A DNA stretch of 64,000 nt from Hemiscyllium ocellatum. Taxonomy: Eukaryota. Location: contig NC_083413.1 of the NCBI RefSeq assembly GCF_020745735.1, positions 51,150,001-51,214,000 of the forward strand. The letters are read 5' to 3'. The position numbers and the translations under genes were made by a program. The notes under the pieces are model-generated. The model had not been told where the DNA came from. It made no database searches and saw only the letters and a list, made by a program, of their open reading frames with translations. Of this stretch, positions 41,655 to 54,536 are shown in pieces; within the stretch, counting starts at the first letter, position 1; each line of letters opens with the position of its first letter.

Positions 41655-42475
41655 AGTGAGTTTTGAGAAGATTTGTAGCTCAGGTTGAGTTTCTGGATGT
41701 AGGTTTGCTCACTGAGCTGGACGGTTCATTTTAGATGTTTCGGCACCATAACTAGGTAACATCTTCAGTGAACCTCCTGCCAAAGCACTGCAGATGTTTC
41801 CTGCTTTCTATTTATATGTTTGGGTTTCTTTGGGTTGGTGACGTCATTTCCTGTTTTCCTCTGGGGGTGGTAAATGGGGTCCAAGTCAATGTGTTTGTTG
41901 AGATCTGGTTGGAATGCCGTTCTTCCAAAAATTCTCATGCGTGTCTCTGTTTGGCTTGTCCTAGGATGGATGTGCTGTCCCAGTTGAAGTGGTGTCCTTC
42001 CTTATTTGTATGTAAGGATACTAGTGAGAGAGGGTCATGTTGTTTTGTGGCTAGTTCATGTTCATGTATCCTGGTGGCTAGTTTTCTGCCTGTTTGTCCA
42101 ACGTAGTGTTTGTTACAATTCTTGCATGGTATTTTATAAATGACATTAGTTTTGCTTGTTGTCTGTATAGGGTCTTTCAAGTTCATTGGATACTGTTTTT
42201 TAGTGTTCTGGTGAGCTTGTGGGCTACCATGATGCCAAGGGGTCTGAGTAGTCTGGCAGTCATTTCCAAGATGTCTTTGATGTACGGGAGAGTGGCTAGA
42301 GTTTCTGGATGCTTGTTTTGATTTGTTGCTGAGAAATCGGCAGACTGTGTTCATTGGTACCTTTTTTTTAAATTACACTGTGTAGGTCGTTTTCCTCTGC
42401 TCTGCGTAGTTCCTCTGTGCTGCAGTGTATGGTGGCTCATTGAAATAATGTTCTGATGCAGCTTCACTTCTGGAT
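41655..42475 (-). mobile_element. Penelope-like element 3' part (GIY-YIG + terminal hammerhead)
   Basis: ORF 41935..42354 NVIYKIPCKNCNKHYVGQTGRKLATRIHEH; CUGAAGA-U-GUUACC..GGUGCC-GAAA-C-AUC at 41731-41773. Confidence 0.9.
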
Positions 42476-43339
42476 TGTTCGTGGTGGGTGGTGTTGGGGC
42501 AGACGGGGACGTGCGGGGAGGTGGGGTGGTCATGGTGTTCAATAGGGTTTGTGGGTGGAGTGTGCGGGAGATTTGGAGTGGGGAGGTGGGCCGTGTTGGA
42601 TGAGGTTGGGGGGTGGTGGGGGAGAGGTTGCGGGCATGGGACGGTGTTGGATGGGATTGGGGGCGGGTGGGGGCTCCGCATGCTGTGCTGCTGCCTTGTC
42701 TCCTGAGCTGGGAACAAACTTAATGTAAAACCTCCAAGCCCCAAGGAAAGGCATTGAATCCATGAAACAAGTAATCAATTATCCGAAGGAGATGGGCAGA
42801 AATTATTTCGTTGGGATAATCAAGGCTCCTCTGTATTGCCATTCCTTCACTGTGTCAAAGTCCTGGAAATTCCGCCATGGGGGCATTTTGAATCATTTAC
42901 AGCAGGTAGACTGCAGCAGTTCAAACAACCTGCTCATGACCACTTTCTCAAGAATCACTAGGTCCAGGCAATAACTACCTCAGCAAGTGGCACACATCTC
43001 CCAGGAGTGATTTTTAAAATATCACTACTAAGTAGGCATAAGCGAACCATCTAAAATCTTTTTGAAATTTTGAATTCTCCATTCACAGTGATGCATGGAC
43101 AGGATTTACCGGATTACACTATGGCTAATTTTATATTGAAAGTTGATATCCAATTGTAACCATTGGCTGTAGCAGAGCTTTGTATGTGTGACGTTGAATC
43201 GGCAAATAAATATTATTAGAGGTATTACCACTGCCGATGGAAATTATTTCATGCTTCAGAGCTAAAGCAAAGTCGCAATTAGCAGATAATTGTTTTAAAT
43301 CTATGGTTCGCAGAATATGGAGACCATTTCAGTGCATTG

Positions 43340-43482
43340 TCTGTCCCGCCCTGTTGGATGATTGACTGAGTGTAGGGTCGGAGCTAAAGTGTGCGACTGG
43401 TTGCTCGGTAACTACATTCACCGAGTTTTGTGCAGAAAGTGAGGCCATTTCTGGAGCGTTTCGGTTTGCTGCAAGTTACCGG
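43340..43482 (+). promoter_or_regulatory. WDR49: Putative WDR49 promoter and non-coding first exon with RFX X-box
   Basis: Local CpG enrichment, X-box GTTGCTCGGTAAC at 43400-43412, strong donor CGG|GTGAGT (GT at 43483). The first coding exon has its own acceptor at 50913, so an upstream exon is needed. Confidence 0.65.
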
Positions 43483-44133
43483 GTGAGTGAAATCTGCTCA
43501 ATTCTAATGTGCAGAGAGCACCTGCAAATGTATGATCCCTTTGTGCTCTGAAGCCCTTTCCCCGCGTCTTTTTCGCTGAACCACTTTCCCACAGGTTAAC
43601 GATATCTGTTACATACCATGTGAAATGGGAACTTTGTTTTTGTTTTTTTCATCAAAATGTGCAGCTACCCGGAATTTGCAAATTGGTTTGGATGCGGATT
43701 TGCCAGCTAGAGTTTTATATGATGACCGGGGTTGGGGGCAGGGTGAGTCCAGGGCCAAATACTTACAAATTCTTAACCGCGACTTCTTAGAATTGCAAAG
43801 GCACAATACTGCGAATGTTGGAAATCTGAAATAACAGAAAATGCTCGAGGAGATTGTGGTAACATCACTAAATAGTAAACCAGGGTCACAACTCATGCTG
43901 TGGGGACAGGGGGCCAAGTAGCTGGTGGAATTTAAGATCTATTAATACATCCGGGATGGGAAGCTAGTCCACAAAATCTTATGGATTGCCATAAAATCCC
44001 AACTGTCTCCGCAATGCACTTTGGGGAGGGAATCGACAATCCTTACCCTAATCTGGCATACGGATGACACCAGACAGCAATTTGGTTGAGTTTTAAATGC
44101 TGTCTGAAATAATTGAGCAGACCACTCAGTTTA

Positions 44134-44449
44134 GGGCGGCATGGTGGCACAGTGGTTAGCACTGCTGCCTCACAGCGCCAGGGACCTGGGTTCAATTCCC
44201 GACTCAGGCGACTGACTGTGTGGAGTTTGCACGTTCTCCCCGTGTCTGCGTGGGTTTCCTCCGGGTGCTCCGGTTTCCTCCCACAGTCCAAAGATGTGCG
44301 GGTCAGGTGAATTGGCCATGCTAAATTGCCTGTAGTGTTAGGTAAGGGGTAAATGTAGGGGTATGGGTGGGTTGCGGGTCAGTGTGGACTTGTTGGGCCG
44401 AAGGGCCTGTTTCCACACTGTAAGTAATCTAGTAATCTAATCTAATCTA
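44134..44449 (+). mobile_element. Full-length HE1-type V-SINE (tRNA-derived head)
   Basis: Pol III A box TGGCACAGTGG (~44145), B box GGTTCAATTCC (~44189), V-domain gtgggtttcctccgggtgctccggtttcctcccaca, (TAATC)n tail. Confidence 0.93.
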
Positions 44450-45544
44450 TGAAACTACTGTGAAGTTTCACAAAACCAAGGGAATGACGACTGCAAAATT
44501 CCACAAAGTGCCTACTTTATCACCCTTGTGCTAAAGTTGGGAAACTGTCATAAAAGAGTCTGATGTTGTCATAACCGTACACATACTGACCAGAGCGCAA
44601 CCATCGCCATCCCTGGTGTGTCCTATCCCACTGGCAGGACACATGCCCTGGAGGTGGTAATTGGGAGGGAGTTGTTCAAGAATCCTCAACATGGAGTCCA
44701 GGTTCCATTCAGTGTCATGGCACCAGGGTTGGAAACCACCTGCTGATTACTACATACCACCTCTACCATACACCCCTCATTCCAGCTACAGCTGAGGAAT
44801 CATTATTGCTCCATGTTGAACGCCAATGGGAGGAAGCAGGGAGGGTAGAAAGGGCACAGAATGCACTCTGTGAGGGACAACTTTGTTGCAACCTATTGAT
44901 CAACTGTCATGGTTGCTAGACTGGTCTGCAGCAGGTGGTAAGGGAAAAACATATTTGATCTCATCTTCACCATTCTACCTGTCACAAATCCTTCTGTCCC
45001 TCCACATCGTCAGAAGAAGTAATAGCGCACAGTCCTTCTAGACACAAAGTCCCAATCTTCACATTGAGGATGCCTTTCTTTCTGTGCAGCAATATCATTA
45101 TGCTAAAGGGGATAGATTTCAAATGCAGCTAGCAAATTAGAACTGACATCCCGGAGGAACTGTGGACAATAGGCAACAATGGAAGTGTGTTCATTAACAA
45201 ACTGTAAACTCATGGTGTGTAATATCCATCACTTTATCATTGCCTTCACGATGAGGTGTCAACTCTGATTCAATGAAGGGGATCATGCCTCGAAGGAGGA
45301 CCAGGCACACCCAGAAATGGAGTGTCATTGTGATGAAGCGACAGCAAAGGACTATCTGCATGTCAACCAGCAGCAACAGCACAGGAAAGACATAGCTAAA
45401 CAATTCCTTAGTCAACAGGTCCGTTCTAAGCCCAGCAGTCTTGCACCACTAGTTGTGAATGATGATAGACAATTAAATAACTAAAAGGAAGCAGAGGCTG
45501 TACAAAAAATGGAGGAGCCAAACACTTCTGTGCATAAGATGAAT

Positions 45545-46210
45545 TTTTTTTTATTTCAAAAATATACTTTATTCATAAGATATTCATAAAATAATTTGAT
45601 GGACTGCACATTAGGTAATGCTATACATATGTCCACATTTACATACACAGCTCAGAATTTCCATTATTACATACAGGTCTGTGCATTTATCGCTCATACG
45701 CCCATATATTGAGCTGAGGTGTCAGCAGAGCCCAAATGACTGCATGGGCCTCCTGATCTTCTTTAGACAGGCAGATGTTAAACGGTGGTCTTTCCCCACC
45801 GCGCCTTGGCAGCAGCTGCTCCAAGCTTCAGCATCCCTCAACACGTAGTCCTGGACCTTGGAATGTGCCAGTCTGCAACACTCAGTCGGGGTCAACTCCT
45901 TCAGCTGGAAGATCAACAGGTTTCGGACCACCCAGAGAGCATCCTTCACTGAGTTGATGATCCTCCAGGCGCAGCTGATATTCATCTCGGTGTGCGTCCC
46001 GGGGAACAGGCCGTAGAGCACGGAGTCCCGCGTCACGGCGCTGCTCGGGACAAACCTCGACAAATACCACTGCATTCCTCTCCAGACTTCCTCTGCATAG
46101 GCACATTCCAGAAGGAAGTGTGTGACAGTCTCGTTCGAGAACAGCGTGCGGTGCGGCAGAGAGTCCGGGCATGCATAGATGATCTCACAGGTAGAGCCAT
46201 TCTCACCAGC
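45545..46210 (-). mobile_element. Tx1/L1-clade LINE 3' end
   Basis: ETVTHFLLECAYAEEVW zinc-knuckle region, LYGLFPG...AWRIINSVKDALW..RN, AATAAA and A-tail at the 3' end. Confidence 0.85.
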
Positions 46211-46354
46211 AGTAAGATCAAGTGTCTGTTCTTATCAAGACTTTTCGGATAATTCAATTCACTGCACACAATAGTGACCAATGTATGAAGATGCTGGATA
46301 TGGGCCCTGAAATATCCTGGCAATAGCACTGAAGACTTGTGTTCCAGAATTAGC

Positions 46355-47560
46355 TGTGGTCGTTATCCTGTCACCAAGTCACCATTTATTTATGCGTGTA
46401 GAGTCCTTGGCATTGATCCCGCTCCCTCAGAGCCAGCTTACAGAGGGAACAGAACCCCTGAAATTTCTGTTTATATCTGTCAGCCAGAGTTCCCTAATTG
46501 GGACCAGATTAATAGTCCCAGTCGGAGAACTCAGATTCTGAGATCCACCTGGTTGACCTCACTACAATCACAACATCCTTCCCCCTCTGAGTCCAAGGAC
46601 ATGGGTTGGTTCTTTTTTTGGTAGATCCTTCTGGGGTGTTTAGCACCTGGTGAAGTTCCTCCCACTCTGTCTAGGATATGAGTGGTGTGTAAAGCTCGGT
46701 ATCTCCCTTCTTGCGTCCAGAGCATCAGTGAAGATATTCATCCTCCTCTTCAAGTGGGAAAGGTGTCGAGGCAGCAACATCTGCCACGGCCATCTTAGAT
46801 TCTGAGTTACTTTCAACACTTGATGGAGAGGGAGAACCCACAGGTTCTGACAGATTTTCTGACTGTTCGAAGGAGCAGAGCACATTTGCAAGTTTGCAGC
46901 TTCCATACAGTCCACGAGCTTATTCAGGACTGTTACACCTACTCAAACTTCATACATGGCTGGACCTGATCTCACGTTGACCATGTCTCTTACCCATGAA
47001 GGACTATTCCCTTGTTTTCTACACCAAACTTCATCCTCTGAAATAGATTGTCCCTCTTGCTTTGCAGAGTCTTATGTCCGACACATCCTTGATGCCGCTT
47101 AACCGTCCCCTCCCTAGGGTTCGGGACGATCCGATTTCACCAGGGATGGTATCTTCTCCCCATTAGCAACTTTACTGGAGCATGAGACCTGGTCAAATAA
47201 TCAAATAGGAATCAGGACAGTTTGGTATCGACTGAAGCTGTTGGCTTGTTTCTTTAAGCCTGCCTTCCAAGCTTGGATTGCTCTTTCTGCCAGACCATTA
47301 AACTTTAGGAAATATTCAAATTCCCTGCTGGTGAACAACAGCCCGTTATCTGTGACTAATACTTTCAGGAGTTTATGTATTGCGAAAGATGTGCACAGTT
47401 TTTCTATCATCATCCCAGTGTTTGATGAATGAACTCTATGTACGTCCAGCCATTTGAGTGGGTGTCCACAATTGACTAAAAACATTGAGCCTATGAAAGG
47501 CCCAGCATAGTCGACATGTGATCGAGTCCAGGCAGTCCACCTGGCTGACCTTGTTACAAT
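46355..47560 (-). mobile_element. Gypsy LTR retrotransposon 3' remnant (integrase, PPT, 3' LTR 46355-46575)
   Basis: HVDYAGPF, VLVTDNG..FTSREF, NGLAERAIQ in ORF 47201..47674; PPT AGAGGGGGAAGGA at 46576-46588; LTR bounded by TG..CA. Confidence 0.85.
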
Positions 47561-47726
47561 CACTACAATATGATCGTTGGTAATCTCTCTGTGCATGGCA
47601 GCAAGCCAACAACTCTCAGCACCATCCATACCAACTTTGCTGAAATCAAGGATTGCATCTAATAGGACCTCCATTCCTTGATTTCTGCTATGCCGAAGTT
47701 GGACAAGCTAATCATTCTTGGTGCTT

Positions 47727-48736
47727 TGTTACAACACAGGGTAAACCCCACCCCCCGCTTAATTTAAGCCAGCAACACAGAAAAGATTTATCCCCTGCAG
47801 TAGTCTGTGAAAATTCGAGAGGCCAAAAACTAGTTAAAGAAATAAAGTTGTTACTTTTTACTTTAAGTATAACACAGAATAATTAACTAACAACTATTTA
47901 CAACTCCTTTCTCTAACCTATCTTTTACTTTCCCCTTCTATCGTACTAGTCTGATAAAACCCCCAATTAAGATTTACCAAATAATTCAAATTTCTAAACC
48001 AGCCAGCTGTCGAATCTTCTCTTTATATCTTCCTCTGTAGATTTGCTCTCCAATTCAATGTTGATGTATTTCTCTGTGCAAACTCCTTCCCTCGGCAGGT
48101 ACCTCTCAGGGAGTTCTGATTAGCAGCCTACATCTGTTGGTATTTTGGCAGTTAGATTATTTACAGTGTGGAAAAAGGCCCTTCAGCTCAACAAGTCCAC
48201 ACCTACCGGCCGAAGCGCAACCCACCCATACCCTTACATTTACCCCTTACCTAACACTACGGGCAATTTAGCATGGCCAATTCAACTGACCTGCACATCT
48301 TCGGACTGTGGGAGGAAACCGGAGCACCCGGAGGAAACCCACGCAGACACGGGGAGAATGTGCAAACTCCACACAGTCAGTCGCCTGAGGCGGGAATTGA
48401 ATCCGGGTCTCTGGTGCTGTGAGGCAGCAGTACTAATCACTCCCAATTATTCAATTTTCCCTGGTCTTCCACCCCCAAAGCATCGGATTGCGTCACTGGC
48501 TTTTAAAATTGTCAATATACTCAATTCAAACTTGATTGGAGGTTGGTATTTTGGGGTATAATTTAAACTAGTTGGCCAAATTCAAATTTGTTTTGTCATC
48601 TCCAGGCAACCCAGCTAATCTAGCTGTTCAACCAAATGTTACATTGTTAACATATTCAGAACACTCTGTGCTGTCAGGTAGTTCTGCTAGCTTTTAACTC
48701 TCTTAAAGGTACAGTACCCCTTACACCTACATAACA
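47727..48736. mobile_element. Probable solo LTR containing an HE1 SINE (48153-48441, -)
   Basis: TGTTA...TAACA termini; near-identical 4-bp flanks gctt/gcct. Confidence 0.6.
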
Positions 48737-49280
48737 GCCTTCACTTTGTGTTACATCCATATGAGTTAGGAACAACATGAAACAACTTGCCCCTTTGAGC
48801 CTGCCCTGCACTTCAATGAGGGCACTGATCTGATTACTGCACATTTCAACCTGTCCCTGATATCCTTTTATCCCTTGCTTATCACCAATCTAACTATCTC
48901 TACCTTAAAAATATTCAAGGACCCTGTTTCCACTGCCCTTTTGCGAAAGGGAATTCCACAGACACATGACTCTCTGTGAGAGAAAAAAGTCCTTATCTCT
49001 GACTTAAATGAACCAGTCTGACTCAAGGTTGGAATACAGATAGACTCTAACCTCATTGTCTGAGCTGAGATGTCATTTTTTTTTAAAAACCTGAAGTGAT
49101 CTTGGGAATGTGAATTGAAAGAAGGTCTTGAATTTACATAGTAATGAATCGAAACCTGCAACCCATTCTAAGTGATTAAAGACTTAACAGCAATCTAAGT
49201 TTGTTCAATACATTGCATCAATTGCATGATACTTTGATCTTTTACTCTAAATTCTGTGTCATATAATCCTGCCTCAGTAG

Positions 49281-49317
49281 CTACCTGATGAAGGAGCAGC
49301 GCTCTGAAAGCTAGTAC
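49281..49317 (+). ncRNA. Minimal hammerhead ribozyme motif in a PLE-derived terminal fragment (49010-49405)
   Basis: UAC-CUGAUGA(49285)-A-GGAGC-AGC-GCUCU-GAAA-GC-UA-GUA; stem I UAC/GUA and palindromic AGCU stem III. Confidence 0.75.
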
Positions 49318-49599
49318 TTCCAAACAAACCTGTTGGACTACAACCTGGCGTTGTGTACTTTTTAACTTTGTCCACCCCAGTCCAACGTTGGCACCTCCAC
49401 ATCATGAATTGAACAGGGTTGCATGCTAGTGACCAACACTCTTCAGCATATCTTTCTCCATCACGCTGTCTGATGTCTTTTGTGGTATTGATCCTGGCAT
49501 CAAAACCAGATACAGGTGTATTGTGTGAATGGGGAGCTGCTCAATCTGAAACAACTCCAGGCTCACACCAAGATCTCCCAATAATGTGCTTTACGATTT

Positions 49600-50470
49600 C
49601 TTATTTGGAATGACTGTGCTGTAGCCACAGGTTCAGAGCTGGCGTGTTCATGTAGCACAGACCTTCTGGTGTATGCAGCAGCGTCAGCTTTATGATCAGC
49701 ACAAAGAAAACTGTAGTGACACTCTCCCTCCTTTAGGAAAATCCTATCTCAAGCCCAATGACTGGTCCATGACCAGAAATTGCCAGCAGTGGATAACACT
49801 TGGCTACACATTCTTTTGATCTGTCTTTGTTGATACACAACACATTCAAGAATTGCGAAAGACGTGCAGTCTTTAGCAGTATTTAAACATCAATTTGAAA
49901 ATGCAGAGGTGTAAGTCTGTCAAACTGAAAATCGATAAAGCAATAATCATGCTCAGTCTGCTTTACACATGCGGCACCTGGGCCAGAGTTATACCAAGAA
50001 ACTCAAATGTCCTGAAGATCAGGTGGCAGGGTAAAATACCAGTCTTTGAAGGGCTCAGCTGAGGTACTGTGTCAACCAACTGAATCATATTGAGACAGTT
50101 ATAATTGAACATAGGTGGGCATGTTGCCAGAATGTCTGACTTTCACTTCTATAGCATCTTGAGTCTAGAGTGCGTTCTCATGGTGTTTGCGCAGAGCTCC
50201 TCAAGAACACTCTGAGAACTTGTGTTTGGAGGTTTGATGATGACTTCAAATCCAAGGAGAAGCTTAGCCTGGATCTTTGCATCTGGTACAACTAAATAAA
50301 GGACAGTAAGCTCTCCTTTGAAAGAAAATATACATTAGAAGCAGAAATAAAACTTAAGCAGAGCAGGTCATAAGCTGGCAATCCTTCCATACCCAATTGT
50401 CTACAATATGTTGGCCTATTTGCAGAAGAGCCTTCCAAGCACATGCTGGTATTAGAAGTCACCTAGGTAC
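49600..50470 (+). mobile_element. Degraded RTE (BovB-like) LINE 3' part
   Basis: LKIRWQ-like remnant near 50010 and C-terminal PICRRAFQAHAGIRSHL. Confidence 0.6.
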
Positions 50471-50633
50471 CCAGGGGGACCCCCATCAAGCACCTCAGAT
50501 GGTGACCAGCAACAAACTTTTGCATTTTATCCTGATTGGACTGCAGATTGTGCTGAATCTGCTGGCAAATTATGAGTAGACAGGCAGGTGGCTGGAAGAA
50601 CACAGCAAGCCGGGCAGCATCAGGAGGTGGAGA

Positions 50634-50667
50634 AGTCGACGTTTCGGATGAACCCTTCTTCAGGACT
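50634..50667 (-). ncRNA. Minimal hammerhead ribozyme motif
   Basis: AGUC-CUGAAGA-A-GGGU-UC-AUCC-GAAA-C-GUC-GACU, with a perfect 4-bp stem I. Confidence 0.7.
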
Positions 50668-50944
50668 CAGAGTACCAGGAATTCTGGTGCCTTCTCCCAA
50701 AAAGACATCAATGGGGGCACAAGCCCATTGAATTTAGATAATCCTAGAAACGTAATAAACAAACCTGTACAGTAAACAGACTAAATATTCATACTCTTAA
50801 TTAAAAACTTCAGAAGGATTTAAAAGATGTAATGTGAATACTAAAACCATGATCAGTGAAAATCAGGTATGCATTTCATGAACGTAACATGATGTCTATT
50901 TTTCTGTTAAAAGCCGACTGCAGTGAATCTCGATATCTTGAAGA

Positions 50945-51109
50945 ATGTCAGCTCAGTTGCGGGCTAGGTCTACGACCACTGAAGATGAGCTGGAATTTGG
51001 AACACTTGATTCAAGTTCTGATAAAATGGAAACATTTAAAAAAGTTCCGGATCAGCTAGAAAACCGACTCAGCGTCAAAGATATAATGAAAATACAGAAG
51101 GCTTTCATG
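50945..51109 (+). CDS. WDR49: WDR49/CFAP337 first coding exon (MSAQLRAR...QLENRLSVKDIMKIQKAFM); exon starts ~50914
   Basis: LENRLSVKDIMKIQKAF resembles the N-terminus of the long WDR49 isoform; donor ATG|GTAGGT; phase 0 joins the next exon. Confidence 0.85.
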
Positions 51110-52454
51110 GTAGGTTTATACAGTTATGGTGCATATTGGCCCTGAAGTTAATAATCAATCTTATAATCAACTGGATTATGTGCATGTCCAGAGTAACTCA
51201 TTAGAGCTATGTGCAAAGTGTATCTAATTTTTGTATCATGTATGTTTTTGCATGGAGGCAAATACGTTGATTGATGGAATCATGATGTAGATAACAATGT
51301 TGTGCTTCTGTATATAAAAAAAAACCCCAGAATTTCAAGATGTTTCACACAATCTGGTCTCCGCATAGTCAGAGATGGTACATACCCTGGAGAATGCACG
51401 GAGGGTTCAAGTTGATAACAGTAATTGCCTGAGAACATGAAAATGTAGACAATTACCTGGCATCTGAAACCTTCTGAAAAAATCCACAGCCCTGTATTAA
51501 AGTTGAAGACCTCAGAGGTCTGATTTATAATTATAGTCATTAGCTAAGACCTCCTGACTCCCCAAAGCTACAAGGCACAAGTCAGAAGTGTGATGGACTA
51601 CATTCGACCAGCACTCAAGAAGTTTGACACCATCCAGGACAAAGCAGCCCGCTTGATTGGCACTATATACACCAGCATCCGCTCCTTCCATCACCGACGC
51701 TCAGTAGCAGCAGTGTGTCCTATTCATAAGATACACTGCGGAAATCCTCAGATAACACCTTCCAAACCTGCAAAGCCTTCCATTTAGAAGTACAAGGCAG
51801 AAGAAAAATGGGAACACCCCTATTTTCAAGTTCCCCTCTAAGCCACTCACCAGCCTGACTTGGAAATATATGGCAACTCCTTCACTGTTGCTGGGTCAAA
51901 ATGTTTCGCTCCCACCTCACCTCGGATTTGGACCTGACTTGATGCTATTGCACACTCCTTGGTTCATCCTCCCCACTCATTTGCTCTGGACCTGACTTGA
52001 TTCCATTCTATTCCTCCATCCCAAAACCACAGACCCAACTGGACTTGACCTAATAGCTCACAGCTCCTATCTATTTCAACCTACCCTAAGCACTTGTCAA
52101 TCTACTGCCACTATACCTGGCACCTCATCCCTCACTCAATGGGCACCCTAACTCCCACCCACCTGTCATTCTACACCCTCTCCCACTTATGTTGCACATT
52201 GAATTTCTCTCAGCATCTGTTAAAATGACTTAGGCCTTTTAAAACTTGGAACATGGCAGCTCATGATGATAAAATGGGGCTTAGTTTCAATGCCAATCCA
52301 CTCTACTGCTGGCTGCGTTGATTCCCAGCCTGGACAATTACTTTACCTGGGATGGCTGCTAGTGTGGACATCACATGAATACTCCCCAAAAGATGAGAAT
52401 GTATACTTTTGTCTGATCAGATTTGAGAATAGAGTTTTTGACCCAGATCAGAAG

Positions 52455-52753
52455 ATTATGGAATCCCTACAGTGTGGAAGTAGGCTACTTGGCCCATTGA
52501 GTCCCGATTGACCCTCTGAAGATCAACCCACCCAGATACACCTCCTACCCAATCCCAGTAATCCTGCATTCCCAATGGCCAATACACCTAACCTGCACAT
52601 TTTTGGCCTGTGGGAGGAAACTGGAGCACTCAGAGGAAATCCACACAGACATGGGCAGAATGTGCAAAGTGTACACAGACAGTTGCCCAAGGGTGGAATC
52701 GAACCCGGGTTCTTGGCGCTGTGAGGTAGCAATGCTAACCACTGAGCCACTGT
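52455..52753 (-). mobile_element. Older HE1-like SINE
   Basis: tRNA head and V-domain, diverged from 44134-44449. Confidence 0.85.
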
Positions 52754-54095
52754 ATTTCCCCATCTGATCCAATAAGCTATGTCAGGGAGAAGGCAGGAAA
52801 ATGGGATTGAGGAACATATCAGTCATGATTGAGTAGTGGAGGAGACTTAATAGGCCAAATGCTCTAATTCTGCTCCTATATCTTACAGCCTTGTGGTGTT
52901 ATCGTCATAACTCTAATGGGAGGAGTGAACTCGGATCTACCGTATATACCCATGTATAGGTTGAATTTGAAGACAGCTTTTAAATTGAAATTGGGGGTTG
53001 ACTTTTCCATGAAATATTGTTTTTGAGGGACAGAAATTCACGCTGTAGTTCGAAATACTGTATTATTAGCAGAAATCGATTTGACCACACATCTAATCCT
53101 ATTAAAAGAAGAATCCTAAATAGTTACTGAATCCTAATCTTCTACTATCTTCCTGCTAGGTCTGAGTCAGGAACACAAACATTCCTCAATTTGCTACATT
53201 CTCTGATACAGTACACGGAGTTCCATAGTCCATTAATGTTCATGTGTATTTCTGTTAGTTATTTATGGAAAATTAACACTGAATCTGGAAAGGACAAATT
53301 AAGGAAATGGAATTTTTAAAAAAGTTTTGGAGGAGGAGACAATGGTATGCAGATACTTGAAAGACGTTGCCCTTAGATGCTGCCCCTAGTGCGAACATGG
53401 AAGGGGAAAATGCAAAGATAACTAGAGACAAAGGAATATAATATTAGAAACATATAAGTGGAGAAGACTGATCTGTAGAGGGGAAGTGAAAGTGACTGCC
53501 CTTGGCATCAAAACTGCATTTGAGGGCATCTATTTAAATCCACACAAATAGGAAGATAAGATTTAGGGTTCACAGTTTATCTGTGGAGTGACGCATCTAA
53601 TTATAAAATGTTCTTGAGAGCCTGCTTGGATAATATGCTTAATGGCAATATGACACTCAAAACTACTCTAACTCCAATTCATTTCTGTAAATTTATTAAA
53701 GTCAAGTCTTGTTAAGATTGAATTGTGCTGAAACAGTGATTTTTTAATACTGTTTTATCCCTTTGGTCATTCGAGACCAAATTCTATTTTTCTATTTATG
53801 ATAATGCTTATCGTCTCACTGTGTGGAAAATATAGATTGTACTTCAAACAAAAACTTAGTTGCAGTGTTCATAGATTTGTTAATATTGGTATTTATAAAA
53901 TGCTAAAGACATAATGACTGATTTTCAATTCCCAGTCCACACAACATTGCAATTGCTTTAATGTTTGCGTACTGCTCGTAAAGTAGTACTTTGAAATGCA
54001 ATGTAAATAGTGTATAATTATCATTGACTTAAAATGATTGCATCCCGGTCTAATTGTAAAGACTTTACTTCATTTTATATCATTTCCACTTATAG

Positions 54096-54536
54096 ACACC
54101 AAATTTTGAAGGATTTGTTGCACTTAATAGGAAGAGCTTTATTGACACTATGTTCATAGCTCTTGGATATGGCATTGAAGAAGAGTATGGAGATCTGTTT
54201 GACAGAATTGACGTAGCGCGAGATGGCTTTGTTGACTGGAACAAAGTGACAACATTCATGCTGTTAGAACTTTACGAAAACGACGAGAGAACAAAATCAT
54301 CACTTGTGCCTCAGTGGAAAGAAATCAAATTTCTTCCAGCCCACCATAAGGAACCTATTCAAAGTATAGTCTACCTGAAGAATTCACATCGCTACCTGAG
54401 TTTGAGTAAGGAAGGTTGGATGAATGTTTGGGGTGAGAATTTGAAGCTACAGCAAACTGTACGAGTTGCCACAGATTCCGTAAGATTGCGGGATCTCTGG
54501 GTTACAAGTATGGTCTCCATGACAAATGTAAATAAG
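54096..54536 (+). CDS. WDR49: WDR49 coding exon 2 (EF-hand-like motif and first WD40 repeats)
   Basis: 441 nt open frame containing EEEYGDLFDRIDVARDGFVDWNKVTTFMLLELYENDER...VPQWK...LWVTSMVSMTNVNK; tatag| and AAG|GTAGGA. Confidence 0.93.

Noticed and set aside
42373-42778. Pro/His-rich and Gly/Trp-rich ORFs
   Set aside because: Artefacts of the G-rich tract.
44134-44210. tRNA-like sequence with A and B boxes
   Set aside because: It is the head of an HE1 SINE, not a tRNA gene.
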